Below are positions 52,460 through 64,000 of a stretch of 64,000 nucleotides of DNA, piece by piece. The stretch's first letter is position 1. Each line of letters starts with the position of its first letter. Position numbers and translations under genes: made by a program. The stretch is taken from positions 3,658,001 through 3,722,000 of the forward strand of contig NC_043006.1 of NCBI RefSeq assembly GCF_006345805.1, read 5' to 3'. This DNA is from Octopus sinensis (taxonomy: Eukaryota). The notes beneath the pieces are model-generated. The model searched no databases and had not been told where the DNA came from. It worked only from the letters and a program-made list of their open reading frames with translations.

Positions 52460-52820
52460 GCAGGTTTTATGTCGGAGGTATCCCAGTTACCTGAGTTACC
52501 TTCTCGTAGAAGGATGCCCTAACAAAGGCTACGAGTCCTTCACTTCCAATGCTTTAACCGCGCGATCAGGTATTCAGTCCGATTATTTCTATGTCCCCGC
52601 GCATGGTACAGCCTTAAGACATTTACTGGATGGCCGTTGACTCTCAAGAGTTCCTTCGCCCTTTGACGGGTTTTGTTTTTCATCCCGCAGGGTGACCAAT
52701 AAACACCCTCCTCACCAAGCAAGCTTGGTGGGGTTGCCGGTTTAGTCACCGACGACCCGACCCTGCAACAGGTTGTACTGGGTTACATGTTACCAGTAGC
52801 ATTCGAAAGTGACCTGACAT
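52460..52820 (-). mobile_element. GC-richer repeat remnant resembling an RTE 5'UTR
   Basis: Minus tagcctttgttagggcatccttctacgagaaggtaactc resembles the RTE motif tagccttgg..ggcaacc..taggagaagg..aactc; internal hairpins. Confidence 0.4.
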
Positions 52821-53002
52821 AATACATACATACATACATACATACATACATACATACATACATACATACATACATGCATGCATGCATACATACATATGTA
52901 CGTACGTACGTACATGCATGCATACATACATAGATGCACGTACGCACGCACACGCACATACATACATACATACATACATACATACATACATACATACATA
53001 CA

Positions 53003-53036
<34 letters not shown>

Positions 53037-53445
53037 CATACATACATATGTATGTACGTACGTACATACATACATATATACATACAGACAGACATTCATA
53101 CAGACAGACAGACAGACATGGGTACGTACGTACATACATAGAATAGATGTAAAACTAATAGGTTGGCGGAGGCATTTTTACTCGTCTTATTTCCAAATTA
53201 TTGTCTTACTTTGAGCTTCTTGTTAAGATGATATAATCGAAGAAATTACAGAAGCGGTTAAACAATGCTGTTCACAAATACAAACAATGAGAATTGAAAT
53301 ATTGCATATCTGACTTGGCAGAAGAACTGTAAACGATTGAGAGAAAAGATATAATGCAAATATATGCATATGTATAAAAACACACACGCGCATATTCATG
53401 TATGCATGCAGATATGCATACATATATGTGTGCGTATATACACAC

Positions 53446-53499
<54 letters not shown>

Positions 53500-53877
53500 C
53501 CATCCACTGGGGAGTTAAGTGTGAAATGTCTAATGAGAATGTATAGTGCAGATCGGTGGATGTGTAGTGTTATATGTTTGATCCAAAAGCAGCAGGCTTG
53601 ACTGAATTCGTACATGTTTAGCATGAAGGACAGTTCAACGGCAACCACAGAGGCAAGTAAGCTGATGTTCCAGATATCGTAGCCAATACGTTGTTTCTAT
53701 AATGTGGGGCGGTACGGTAGAAATCATTGAAGCGTGAAGTATTGATGGCTTAGTTCAAAGGAGTGTTTGTTGGCTCTTTATGATAAAGGCGTGTCGTGTA
53801 GTTACCAATAACGTAATAACCATGCCACTAACGATAATAGGCGTGGTTTTGCTTTTCTGTTTTTTTTTCCTTTTCAG

Positions 53878-53887
53878 ATATTTCATT
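53878..53887 (+). CDS. Candidate 10-nt micro-exon ATATTTCATT
   Basis: Branch-point CTAAC 53828-53832; ttttgcttttctgtttttttttccttttcag | ATATTTCATT | gtaagg. Confidence 0.55.
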
Positions 53888-55566
53888 GTAAGGCACATTA
53901 ATACACCCACTGGGGTGGCGTAGTATAAAATAACCAATAACTGTGTGGTGTTTGCATTGATGTTAGTAGAAGCTTTACATAATGTCCGTCTGCATAGCTC
54001 AATCTGCAGAGCATCCTATTTTTATATGTTGACCTTGGCGGTAATGTGAGGGTCGAGGGTTCGAGACCCTCTGTAGGTTTATGTTTCTTTTATCTTGCAA
54101 CTTCACCAAAAACAGTTCCTGAGAGAAAGCTGGGAAATGAGTGTGAAATTAAAAAAAAGCAATCACACTTAAAGCGGTGCCCCATGATAGCCATAGTCTC
54201 TGACTAAAATCAGTTAAAGTAAAAGTAAGGTAAATGGAGAAAATAATAGTTTCTTGTGTAGAGAGATATGTCTTTTGGTCGCAGTTTCAAGAGAGAAGGC
54301 TGTCGGTTAAATCGACCATAATTCATTACTGGTACTTAACTGGTTGAACCTGGAAGGATGAAACTACAAATAAATAAGCATTCGTCACACTAGTACAAGA
54401 ACTGGAGAATTTGGACTGGAGTTGATTGGATCGACTCTCCCCAGCCCAGTGCATGATCTAGTGCTTGATTTCTTAGGACAGGTTTGAACTCAGAATGTAG
54501 AACATCAAAACTAAATTGTATTAGATCTTTAACCAACTATTTTACTACTTTATACGACCCTGTCTTCCTGTTTACAATACTTACTTACATTGACACAAGA
54601 ATCCTGATTTATAGAAAACACAGCCGAGTATATCGATTGTCAGTTTATTACAGATAAATTGTCAATCTACCCCTGTGTGAATGAAAGCCAAAGTGGACTC
54701 CTTGGGGATTTGAACTCAGAACATAGCACAACTTAACTAAATACTACAACATTGTATTTTGCTCAGTACCCTTCCAATTTTATCACCACTCCGTTGCCTG
54801 CTACTCTATTATTTTTCACAATATTGGGCAAACTGCGGCCCGCGTGACTTTCTGAATGGCAAGCCTAATGAAAAATTACCTTGAATTTTTCTAGTAGTGC
54901 AGCCTCCCTGATAATGAACCATGCCTTATGCGACCAGCTTCTCGAAAAATGTTTCTCATGCCTCATCAATCACATAAAGTGTGACAACAGAATTTATGTG
55001 TAAGAAGAGAGAAAGTACTGAAGAAATACGTGACGGAGAGTGATGGACAATGCAGAGTAAAAGAGAGCATTCCTGGCAAATGAAGGTCAACATTCGATTA
55101 CGATTCTTTGCTTAGGGTCTTCGATTTACGTAAAACCAGACTCTAAATCTCCCTCAAATCACACACAGCTGTTTTCAAAAACGAAAGAACATTTTAGATA
55201 ATAGTCCGATTGACTTATACAGAAAAAAGACGGAAATGACTGGAATGATTTTACTAACAATCCGCTGATTAAGAAACTGTCTTGAGTTAAACAACAATAG
55301 CAACAACACTTAAATGATTGTTTCTAATATAGGTACAAGGCCTGGGTTTGTGAGAAGAGCATAATCGATGATTTTGACCCGAGTATTTTACTTTATTCCA
55401 GGTGGAGGAAGAGCAAAAATTGTAGTCGGCGGGATCCTTAGTTCAAATACAAACGTGGTAATCAGGAAGTCGATGGTATCGACTCACTGCTTTTGCTGGC
55501 CCTCAGCAAAAATTAATTTGAAATCCATTATTATTACTACTACTGCTGCTACTACTACTACTACTA

Positions 55567-55617
<51 letters not shown>

Positions 55618-55984
55618 AATTCAGATAGCCAGCTAGAAGAATCGTTAACACGTCAGACAAAAACTTGTCAAAAAGGCGAAACAATGCAAAATGAAAATAG
55701 AGAAGTAAAAACAGAAGAGCAGTCAATGATTTACATGGTATTTCTTCGATATTTCAGAGTTCGAGCCTCTTCATGAGGACAAGTAGAGAAACTGGAGATG
55801 GTGTAGAGTTCTTATCTTCGCTCAGATGTTTGAGAAATTATAGTAATATTTGCAGACTGGTATTGTAATAGTAACTAGGCTGCCATATGTTGTTCTTGTC
55901 TGTTGTTTAGTGGACGCAACATAGGCAATCTTAGAATCAGGAAGGCTATCTTAATTATTAGGTCTAAACCTTCATTAACAAACA

Positions 55985-56532
55985 GACAAGAATTAGGTTA
56001 TTGCCTGGACAAAAACTAGGCTATTGCCTGGACAAAAACTAGGCTATTGCCTGGACATGAACTAGGCTATTGCCTGGACAAAAACTAGGCTATTGCCTGG
56101 ACAAGAACTAGGCTATTGCCTGGACAAAAACTAGGCTATTGCCTGGACATGAACTAGGCTATTGCCTGGACAAGAACTAGGCTATTGCCTGGACAAGAAC
56201 TAGGCTATTGCCTGGACAAAAACTAGGCTATTGCCTGGACATGAACTAGGCTATTGCCTGGACAAGAACTAGGCTATTGCCTGGACAAAAACTAGGCTAT
56301 TGCCTGGACAAGAACTAGGCTATTGCCTGGACATGAACTAGGCTATTGCCTGGACAAAAACTAGGCTATTGCCTGGACAAGAACTAGGCTATTGCCTGGA
56401 CAAAAACTAGGCTATTGCCTGGACATGAACTAGGCTATTGCCTGGACAAGAACTAGGCTATTGCCTGGACAAAAACTAGGCTATTGCCTGGACAAGAACT
56501 AGGCTATTGCCTGGACAAGAACTAGGCTATTG
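55985..56532. repeat. 23-bp minisatellite, ~24 units, GAC(AAA/AAG/ATG)AACTAGGCTATTGCCTG
   Basis: Directly visible; variation confined to 3 positions after the first unit. Confidence 0.97.
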
Positions 56533-57300
56533 TCACTATTGCAAAACCAGCATGAACAAGTCAGTATCACATCTCATATATATGAGCAAACATAACAACT
56601 CTATACCATCTACCATTCATTTATCAATATATCATAATAAAAGAGTTCTAACGCTAAAATATCGACGAAAGAAAGCTAAACTAAAAGTGTTGTTCTCTTT
56701 TCACTTTTGTATTTTTTTTCCGCTTTGCATTGCTTCGGCCTGATAAAAAGTGTTAATCTAATAATGATATCACAGAATGCTTCACCTAAACTACTCTATA
56801 CTACTTTAGATTCCTATTCCTATGTTCCAGATTCAGACACGTCAGAGCGAACATTGCCATGCATCATACAGGAGTCGATAAGGTTATTAGTTATTTGATA
56901 TTGTTGCTGCTGCTGCTGCTACTCTTGCAGCTGTTATCGTGGGTGGTGTTGTTGTGGCTCAACCCCTGGTTAGCCCTTCTCCAGCAGACCTACCATTCCA
57001 GGTACCCAGCCATGACCCACCTGTTTTAAAGGTATTTCTTGGACATTATCCAACGTCACCTTGGAGATTATCCAACGTGTACGGAGTTATTTGATGGAGA
57101 TTTAGCCGTTATTTTGTAGCAGTTCAAGAAACAACGTAGATGTTTTCTCGTAATGGATAGAGGTTAAAGCTATCGACAATCCACTGCAAATCTGGCCATA
57201 TGCTGAAAGAAATTATTATTATTATTATTGATAGAAATAACACCTGTCGCTTATATCAACTATATATCTTTACCTTGTGTTCATATCGTTTCTATTTCAG

Positions 57301-57311
57301 CTGAGAATAAG
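57301..57311 (+). CDS. Candidate 11-nt micro-exon CTGAGAATAAG
   Basis: ctttaccttgtgttcatatcgtttctatttcag | CTGAGAATAAG | gtgagt. Confidence 0.55.
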
Positions 57312-57665
57312 GTGAGTGGAGTGGGGTGCGCGATGAAACAGCTTTAAAATCTAAGCTCAGTTCCACTTAGTCAACGACCAGCCAGCCAGTAAGCTAGGCA
57401 GCCAGCCAGACGGTCTAGTTTTAAATATTTACATCTCAGTAGGGGACGCTTTTAAGATTTCTTACTTTAGCAACAGTCATGGAGTTTTGCAGACAAGTGG
57501 GGTTCAGCATAATATCATATTGTACCAGCTTACGTCTGTTACTACAACAACAACAACAACAACTACCAACATTACTGATACTGCAGTTGCTGCTGTTGCT
57601 ACAGTGGATTATGTAACTTTACCACCCGGTGTAGTTTGCATTTCTTTAACAATTTCCAACATATA

Positions 57666-57667
<2 letters not shown>

Positions 57668-57697
<30 letters not shown>

Positions 57698-57713
57698 ATA
57701 ATAATAATAATAG

Positions 57714-57745
<32 letters not shown>

Positions 57746-57747
57746 AA

Positions 57748-57816
<69 letters not shown>

Positions 57817-57836
57817 TAATAGTAATAATAATAATG

Positions 57837-57884
<48 letters not shown>
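57668..57884. repeat. (CTA)n/(TAA)n tract
   Basis: Directly visible. Confidence 0.95.
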
Positions 57885-57885
<1 letters not shown>

Positions 57886-59512
57886 GCTACAAGTACCTAG
57901 GGGTACCTAGGGAGAGCTACAAGTACCTAGGGGTACCTAGGGAGAGCTACAAGTACCTAGGGGTAATTGAAGGGAACGGAATAAGGCATTCAGAGATGAA
58001 GGAAAGGATCAGGAGAGAATGCTATCGAAGAGTGAGAGCAATACTCAAGACAGAGCTGAATGCAAGAAACAGGATCGAAGCAATCAATGCATTAGCTATA
58101 CCAGTCGTGACTTACAGTTTCAATATTGTTAACTGGTCAATTACTGAAATATGTCAGCTCGACAGAAAAATAAGGAACTGTTGACAATGCATAGAATGCA
58201 CCACCCTAAGGCAGATACAGAACGACTCTATCTGCCAAGAAAAGAGGGAGGCCGTGGTCTTTTGCAACTGGCAATAACAATGAAGATTGCTACAATTGGC
58301 CTAGACACCTACCTGAAAAACTCTGAGGACTGGATGTTAAAACTTGTCTCAAAACATGAAAACAAGAAAGCATCATACTCAGTCACAAAACAGGCAAAGG
58401 AATATCTAAATGAATTCCGAATACAACCAATTTCGGAATTAGAGATAGACATACAAGAAACAAGCACAGAAAAAGCTAGGCGCATGAAAACCCGTGCCAA
58501 AACTGCGGCCTTAGATATTCTGAATAATAAATGGCAAGAAAAACCTCTCTACGGCAAATACCCAAAGAGAGCGAATAATGCAGATATCGACAAAGCCCTG
58601 ACCCATCAATGGCTAATGGCCTCTGGCTTAAAATCTGAAACAGAGGGGTTTATCATAGCAGCTCAAGATCAATGCCTACCAACAAGAAACTACCAGGCCA
58701 ACATATTAAAGATCAGAAGCAGTCCAACGTGTCGTGTATGCAAGCAACAAAATGAAACCATTGACCATGTGGTCTCCAAGTGCAGTCTTCTAGCGCCTAC
58801 AGAGTATCTCAACAGGCACGATAGAGCTGCACAATATATTCACTGGGTAATCTGTAAAAACCTGGATTTGCCCCATGAAAAAAACTGGTGGGAACACAAA
58901 CCACCCCCAGTGCTTGAAAATGACCACATCTCACTCCTCTGGAACTTCACCATTCAAACTGACAGGAAGATAGATGCAAATAGGCCAGACATCATATTGA
59001 AAGACTTCAAACAAAGAACATGCCTCCTCATTGATATGACTGTCCCAATCGATATAAACGTATCTGTCAGGACCTACCAAAAACTGAGCAAATATAAAGA
59101 TCTTGAAATAGAAATCAGCAAAATGTGGAAGCTGAAGACTAAAACAATACCTGTTGTCATAGGTGCCCTGGGAATGATAGCAAAAGGGGCTGATAGCTAC
59201 CTAACTCAGATACCAAGAAACCCAAAAATGGCAGAAGTTCAAAAGATAGTGCTCATGGGAACTGCTCATATCCTACGCAAAATACTCTCTATGTAACCTC
59301 AAGGTTTAAAACAACCATAATTTTCGGTTTAAAAAAAAAAAAAAAAAAAAAACTTTTTTTTTTTTTAGACATTCATTAGTACAACATCCCCACCCCCAAA
59401 TATATGGCACACTAGGCATAACAACAACATGAACTTCCAACCCTGTTGTCTCTTGAGGTCTCTGGGTGAGACTTGGAGCCAACTTGTACAAATATAAAGC
59501 AAAAGTCAAACA
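57885..59512 (+). mobile_element. R4-like element, family D, 5'-truncated
   Basis: ORF 58151-59296: HHPKADTERLYLPRKEGGRGL, CRVCKQQNETIDHVVSKC, RPDIIL..LIDMTVP..KLSKYKDL; 3'UTR to ...gtcaaacataat. Confidence 0.92.
58151..59296 (+). CDS. Thumb, zinc finger and restriction-like endonuclease of R4-like family D
   Basis: ORF track; PD..D..K motif. Confidence 0.88.
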   Translation: MSARQKNKELLTMHRMHHPKADTERLYLPRKEGGRGLLQLAITMKIATIGLDTYLKNSEDWMLKLVSKHENKKASYSVTKQAKEYLNEFRIQPISELEIDIQETSTEKARRMKTRAKTAALDILNNKWQEKPLYGKYPKRANNADIDKALTHQWLMASGLKSETEGFIIAAQDQCLPTRNYQANILKIRSSPTCRVCKQQNETIDHVVSKCSLLAPTEYLNRHDRAAQYIHWVICKNLDLPHEKNWWEHKPPPVLENDHISLLWNFTIQTDRKIDANRPDIILKDFKQRTCLLIDMTVPIDINVSVRTYQKLSKYKDLEIEISKMWKLKTKTIPVVIGALGMIAKGADSYLTQIPRNPKMAEVQKIVLMGTAHILRKILSM

Positions 59513-60277
59513 TAATACTTTCTACTATAGGCATAAGGCCTGAAATTTGGTGGAGGAGTAATTCGATTACATCGATCCCGGTACTCAAATGGTACTTAAT
59601 TTATCGATCCCGAAAGGATGAAAGGGTAAGTCAATCTCGGCGAAATTTGAACTCAGAAGGGAGCGATGGACAAAATACCGCTAAGCATTTCGCCCGGCGT
59701 GCCAGCTCGCCGCCTTAATAATAACTATTATATCAACAACAACAACAACAACAACAAAACAAAAACAACAACAACAACAACAACTACAACTACAACAACA
59801 ACAACAACAACAACAACAACACAATAATAATAATAATAATGATAATAAAAATGACATACAGAATAGGAAACCAGACATAGTACTAATTGAGAGAGAAAGC
59901 AAACGATACTTGATCATAGACATGGCATGCCCAGCTGACAACAAGGTATGCGATAAGGAAGAAAGAAAAGTCGAGAGATATGACAGGTTAGCTGGGAGTT
60001 AAAGCAATTGTGGTCGATGAAAAAGGTAGTAGGAGCACTAATAATTGTCAGAGCGCTGGGAACAGTGAGTAAAAGTCTTGAGAAGTACATGGAACAAATA
60101 GGGGTTACAGTAAGTGTGGAGCACTTGCAGAAAACAGCACTGCTTGGAACCGCTCCAATACACCGGATGATGCTCGAAACTTAAGGGATGTTACCTTAGT
60201 TCACTGGTAGTGAACAGCTGGCACTGTAATACACCTCCAGTGTTAGCAGCTGTGCAAAGGCAATAATGATGATGATG

Positions 60278-60313
<36 letters not shown>

Positions 60314-60340
60314 TAATAATAATAATATTAATAATATAAT

Positions 60341-60398
<58 letters not shown>

Positions 60399-61075
60399 TA
60401 ATAATAATAATATAATAATAATAAAAACAATACCTGTTGTCGTAGGTGCCCTGGAATGATAGCAAAAGGGGCTGATAGCTACCTAACTCAGATACCAAGA
60501 ACCCAAAAATGGCAGAAGTTCAAAAGATAGTGCTCATGGGAACTGCTCATATCCTACGCAAAATACTCTCTATGTAACCTCAAGGTTTAAAACAACCATA
60601 ATTTTCGGTTTAAAAAAAAAAAAAAAAAAAAAAAAACTTTTTTTTTTTTTTAGACATTCATTAGTACAACATCCCCACCCCCAAATATATGGCACACTAG
60701 GCATAACAACAACATGAACTTCCAACCCTGTTGTCTCTTGAGGTCTCTGGGTGAGACTTGGAGCCAACTTGTACAAATATAAAGCAAAAGTCAAACATAA
60801 TACTTTCTACTATAGGCATAAGGCCTGAAATTTGGTGGAGGAGTAATTCGATTACATCGATCCCGGTACTCAATGGTACTTAATTTATCGATCCCGAAAG
60901 GATGAAAGGGTAAGTCAATCTCGGCGAAATTTGAACTCAGAAGGGAGCGATGGACAAAATACCGCTAAGCATTTCGCCCGGCGTGCCAGCTCGCCGCCTT
61001 AATAATAACTATTATATCAACAACAACAACAACAACAACAAAACAAAAACAACAACAACAACAACAACTACAACT

Positions 61076-61107
<32 letters not shown>

Positions 61108-61627
61108 AATAATAATAATAATAATGATAATAAAAATGACATACAGAATAGGAAACCAGACATAGTACTAATTGAGAGAGAAAGCAAACGATACTTGATC
61201 ATAGACATGGCATGCCCAGCTGACAACAAGGTATGCGATAAGGAAGAAAGAAAAGTCGAGAGATATGACAGGTTAGCTTGGGAGTTAAAGCAATTGTGGT
61301 CGATGAAAAAGGTAGTAGGAGCACTAATAATTGTCAGAGCGCTGGGAACAGTGAGTAAAAGTCTTGAGAAGTACATGGAACAAATAGGGGTTACAGTAAG
61401 TGTGGAGCACTTGCAGAAAACAGCACTGCTTGGAACCGCTCCAATACACCGGATGATGCTCGAAACTTAAGGGATGTTACCTTAGTTCACTGGTAGTGAA
61501 CAGCTGGCACTGTAATACACCTCCAGTGTTAGCAGCTGTGCAAAGGCAATAATGATGATGATGATAATAATAATAATAAATAATATAATAATAATAATAT
61601 AATAATAATAATATTAATAATAATAAT

Positions 61628-61702
<75 letters not shown>
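59141..61702 (+). repeat. Near-identical tandem duplication, ~1.28 kb unit (59141-60423; 60424-61702): D tail + S1 SINE + B-related R4 tail + (TAA)n
   Basis: Copies differ mainly by single-base indels and tract length. Confidence 0.92.
59847..60261 (+). mobile_element. R4-like 3' end related to family B (duplicate at 61132-61547)
   Basis: RKPDIVL..IIDMACPAD..KVERYDRLAWEL. Confidence 0.85.
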
Positions 61703-61707
<5 letters not shown>

Positions 61708-62040
61708 CAATACCTGTTGTCGTAGGTGCCCTGGGAATGATAGCAAAAGGGGCTGATTGCTACCTAACTCAGATACCAGGAAACCCAAAAATGGCAGAAA
61801 TTCAAAAGATAGTGCTCATGGGAACTGTTCATATCCTACGCAAAATACCTTCTATGGAATCTCAAGTTTTAAAACAAACTTCGTATGGTTTTTTAGGCAT
61901 TCACTAGTACAACACTAAGTACAAAACCAAATGTATGGCACCCTAGGCATAACACCAACATGAACTTCCAACTTGTTGTCTCTTGAGGTCTCTGGGTGAG
62001 ACTTGGAGCCAGCTTATGCAAATGTAAAGCAAAAGTCATA
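61703..62040 (+). mobile_element. R4-like family D 3' end, independent copy
   Basis: Same ORF end as 59141-59296 but diverged 3'UTR. Confidence 0.85.
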
Positions 62041-62065
62041 CAGAGAATAATAATAATAATAATAA

Positions 62066-62613
62066 CTGATGCAGTACCAGGCAGAGGCTCTCATGGCTTC
62101 TGATCTTAACTGATTGGAAGTGTTATGTACATTGTTCTGTCTTGGTATAAAAGATGGGCTACAGCAAATATTCTGCTCAATACCACAGATTTGCTTGTCA
62201 GTTGTTTGACCGTAACCAGTTGAGCATGTCCCTTAGTGGCTGACGATATGTGCATCTCTGATCACGATCAGAAGTAGTGGGGGAGCATCATAGCCATGTG
62301 TTGAGAGGGATTCTTTGGGGTTTGAATAATTCACCTCTGGAGACATGGGTGGGTTTTTCAACATCCTTAAACAACCCTTATTCAGGGACCGTTTGAGCGG
62401 GATGGGCTACTCAACCTGAAGAAAATTCTAACTGGGCCCCACCTGCAAGGTCATGTGCAGTTTATCTTGATATGAGATCACCATGCCGCGCACATATGGT
62501 TGTGATGCATGTGCCTGGTGTGCCCTTATCAGACGGGTAGTCATGATGGGTATATTGGGCTTCGTATATTTTACCCCAGTGTCACTTTGATGGCATGCTC
62601 TGCTCGCTCACTC
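62066..62613 (+). mobile_element. ORF-less ~550 bp element flanked by (TAA)n on both sides
   Basis: Matches 35201-35731 and 30454-30524; no tRNA head or ORF seen. Confidence 0.88.
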
Positions 62614-62670
<57 letters not shown>

Positions 62671-62672
<2 letters not shown>

Positions 62673-64000
62673 CTAGTTACAGTAAAGTCTGTCGCATCAA
62701 AAGAAGTGCAGGAATTTTGGAATAAAATTTGGGCAGAAGAAAAAACACTCAATGAAAAGGCTCCTTGGATTGATAGACTATCTACACACTCAGTCTCCTT
62801 AGAAGAGCAAAAGTGGGAGTGTATCAAGGTAGAGGATGTAAGATCTGTTCTCAGGAAGTCAAGCAAATGGAACCCATCTGGTTGAATGTTTTCCAGCTTA
62901 GCAACAATGTATAAAATGCTAACATCTGTGTTGACTGAATATACCTATAGTTTTTTTTAATAGAAAATGGCATATTCCCTAATGAGCAAAAAGGATGTAA
63001 GCATGGGTTCTATGGTTGTAAAGATTAGCTACGATTGTCACAAGCAACACAAAAACTTGTCGATTGCCTGAATAGACTATAAAAAAGCTTTTGATAGCCT
63101 ACCACATAGCTGGATTAAGAAATGTCAGGAAATGTATAAAATAGCACCTACTCTGCGAAACTTCTCGACTGTAAGTATGAGACCATGGACAACTACACTG
63201 AATTTGAACAGTGGCAATGAATCTCTTAGTGCGGGAGATGCAAGAATTTCATGTGGCATTTTCCAGGGTGCTTCTCTATCGCCACTTCTCTTTTGTTTAG
63301 CCTTAATACCTCTCTCGAAATTGCTCACTGATGTACAATACGGTTATAAATTTTTTGATAAAAATATAAATCATCTCATTTACATGGATGGTTTAAAGCT
63401 CTCTGCAAAAAATGACCAACAACTCCAGGGCTTACTAGCGATTGTTAAACAATTCATTAATGGCCTCAGGATGCAATTTGGCCTCGATAAATGTGCAAAA
63501 GATATTTTTATCAAAGGCAAAATGACAGAAACATCTTATGTTAATCTTGACCAGCAGAATGTCATAAGGGAATTAGAACCAGTGGAGAGCTACAAATACC
63601 TTGGGGTATTTGAAGGAGACGGAATCAAACATTCAGTAATGAGGGAGAGGGTCAGATGAGAATGTTATCGCAGGGTAAGGGCAATACACAAGACAGAGCT
63701 GAATGCAAGAAACAGGATCGAAGTGATCAATAATTTAGCCATACCAGTCGTGACTTACAGTTTCAATATCATTCACTGGTCAATTACTGAAATATGTAAT
63801 CTTGTCAGAAAAATACGAAAATTGCTAATGATGTATAGAATGCACCACCCTAAGACATAGAACGACTTTATCTTCCAAGAAAACAGGGTGGCCGTGAACT
63901 TTTACAACTGGAATTAACAATGAAGATTGCCACAATTGGCCAAAATCTCTGATGACTGGATGTGAAAACTTGACATGAAAACAAGATAGCATCATTCATA
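62671..64000 (+). mobile_element. R4-like element, family F (D-related), decayed RT; runs off the window
   Basis: KEVQEFWNKIW, GIFQGASLSPLLFCLAL, YMDGLKL, QFGLDKC, ESYKYLGV. Confidence 0.88.

Noticed and set aside
51458-53656. Extra plus-strand small exons (51474-51478; 53228-53256; 53622-53652/53656)
   Set aside because: Each has one weak site or a competing AG; cannot be ranked without reads
54589-54603. Minus-strand 15-nt micro-exon GATTCTTGTGTCAAT
   Set aside because: Perfect gtaagt but poor exonic context and short tract; illustrates the background rate of such hits
55985-56532. CRISPR array
   Set aside because: Units are contiguous with only 3 variable nt; no unique spacers; no cas genes; eukaryotic context

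Overview
AT-rich, repeat-saturated eukaryotic DNA with no long intact host ORF. The SINE families, microsatellite load and LINE types resemble octopus genomes I know; this is an inference and the species is not determinable here. Almost all listed ORFs are microsatellite translation artefacts or transposon relics. Main contents: (1) two pile-ups (27.7-36.3 kb, 57.9-64 kb) of 5'-truncated R4/Dong-like non-LTR retrotransposons (RT + zinc finger + restriction-like endonuclease), all on + and nearly all separated by (TAA)n tracts, plus three copies (one head-only) of a ~530-550 bp ORF-less, structured element in the same tracts; (2) Penelope-like relics with hammerhead-ribozyme motifs; (3) RTE, Tx1/L1 and CR1/Jockey-like fragments, an ORF1-only Tx1-like element, and three mariner deletion derivatives; (4) at least four tRNA-derived SINE families; (5) a 23-bp hairpin minisatellite with a 4-unit higher-order period; (6) a series of + strand candidate micro-exons (3, 9, 10, 10, 11 nt plus one 42-nt exon) whose concatenation has one open frame, suggesting the window is intronic to a micro-exon-rich host gene that I cannot identify. 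Exon calls rest on splice signals only. SINE and LINE boundaries are approximate.
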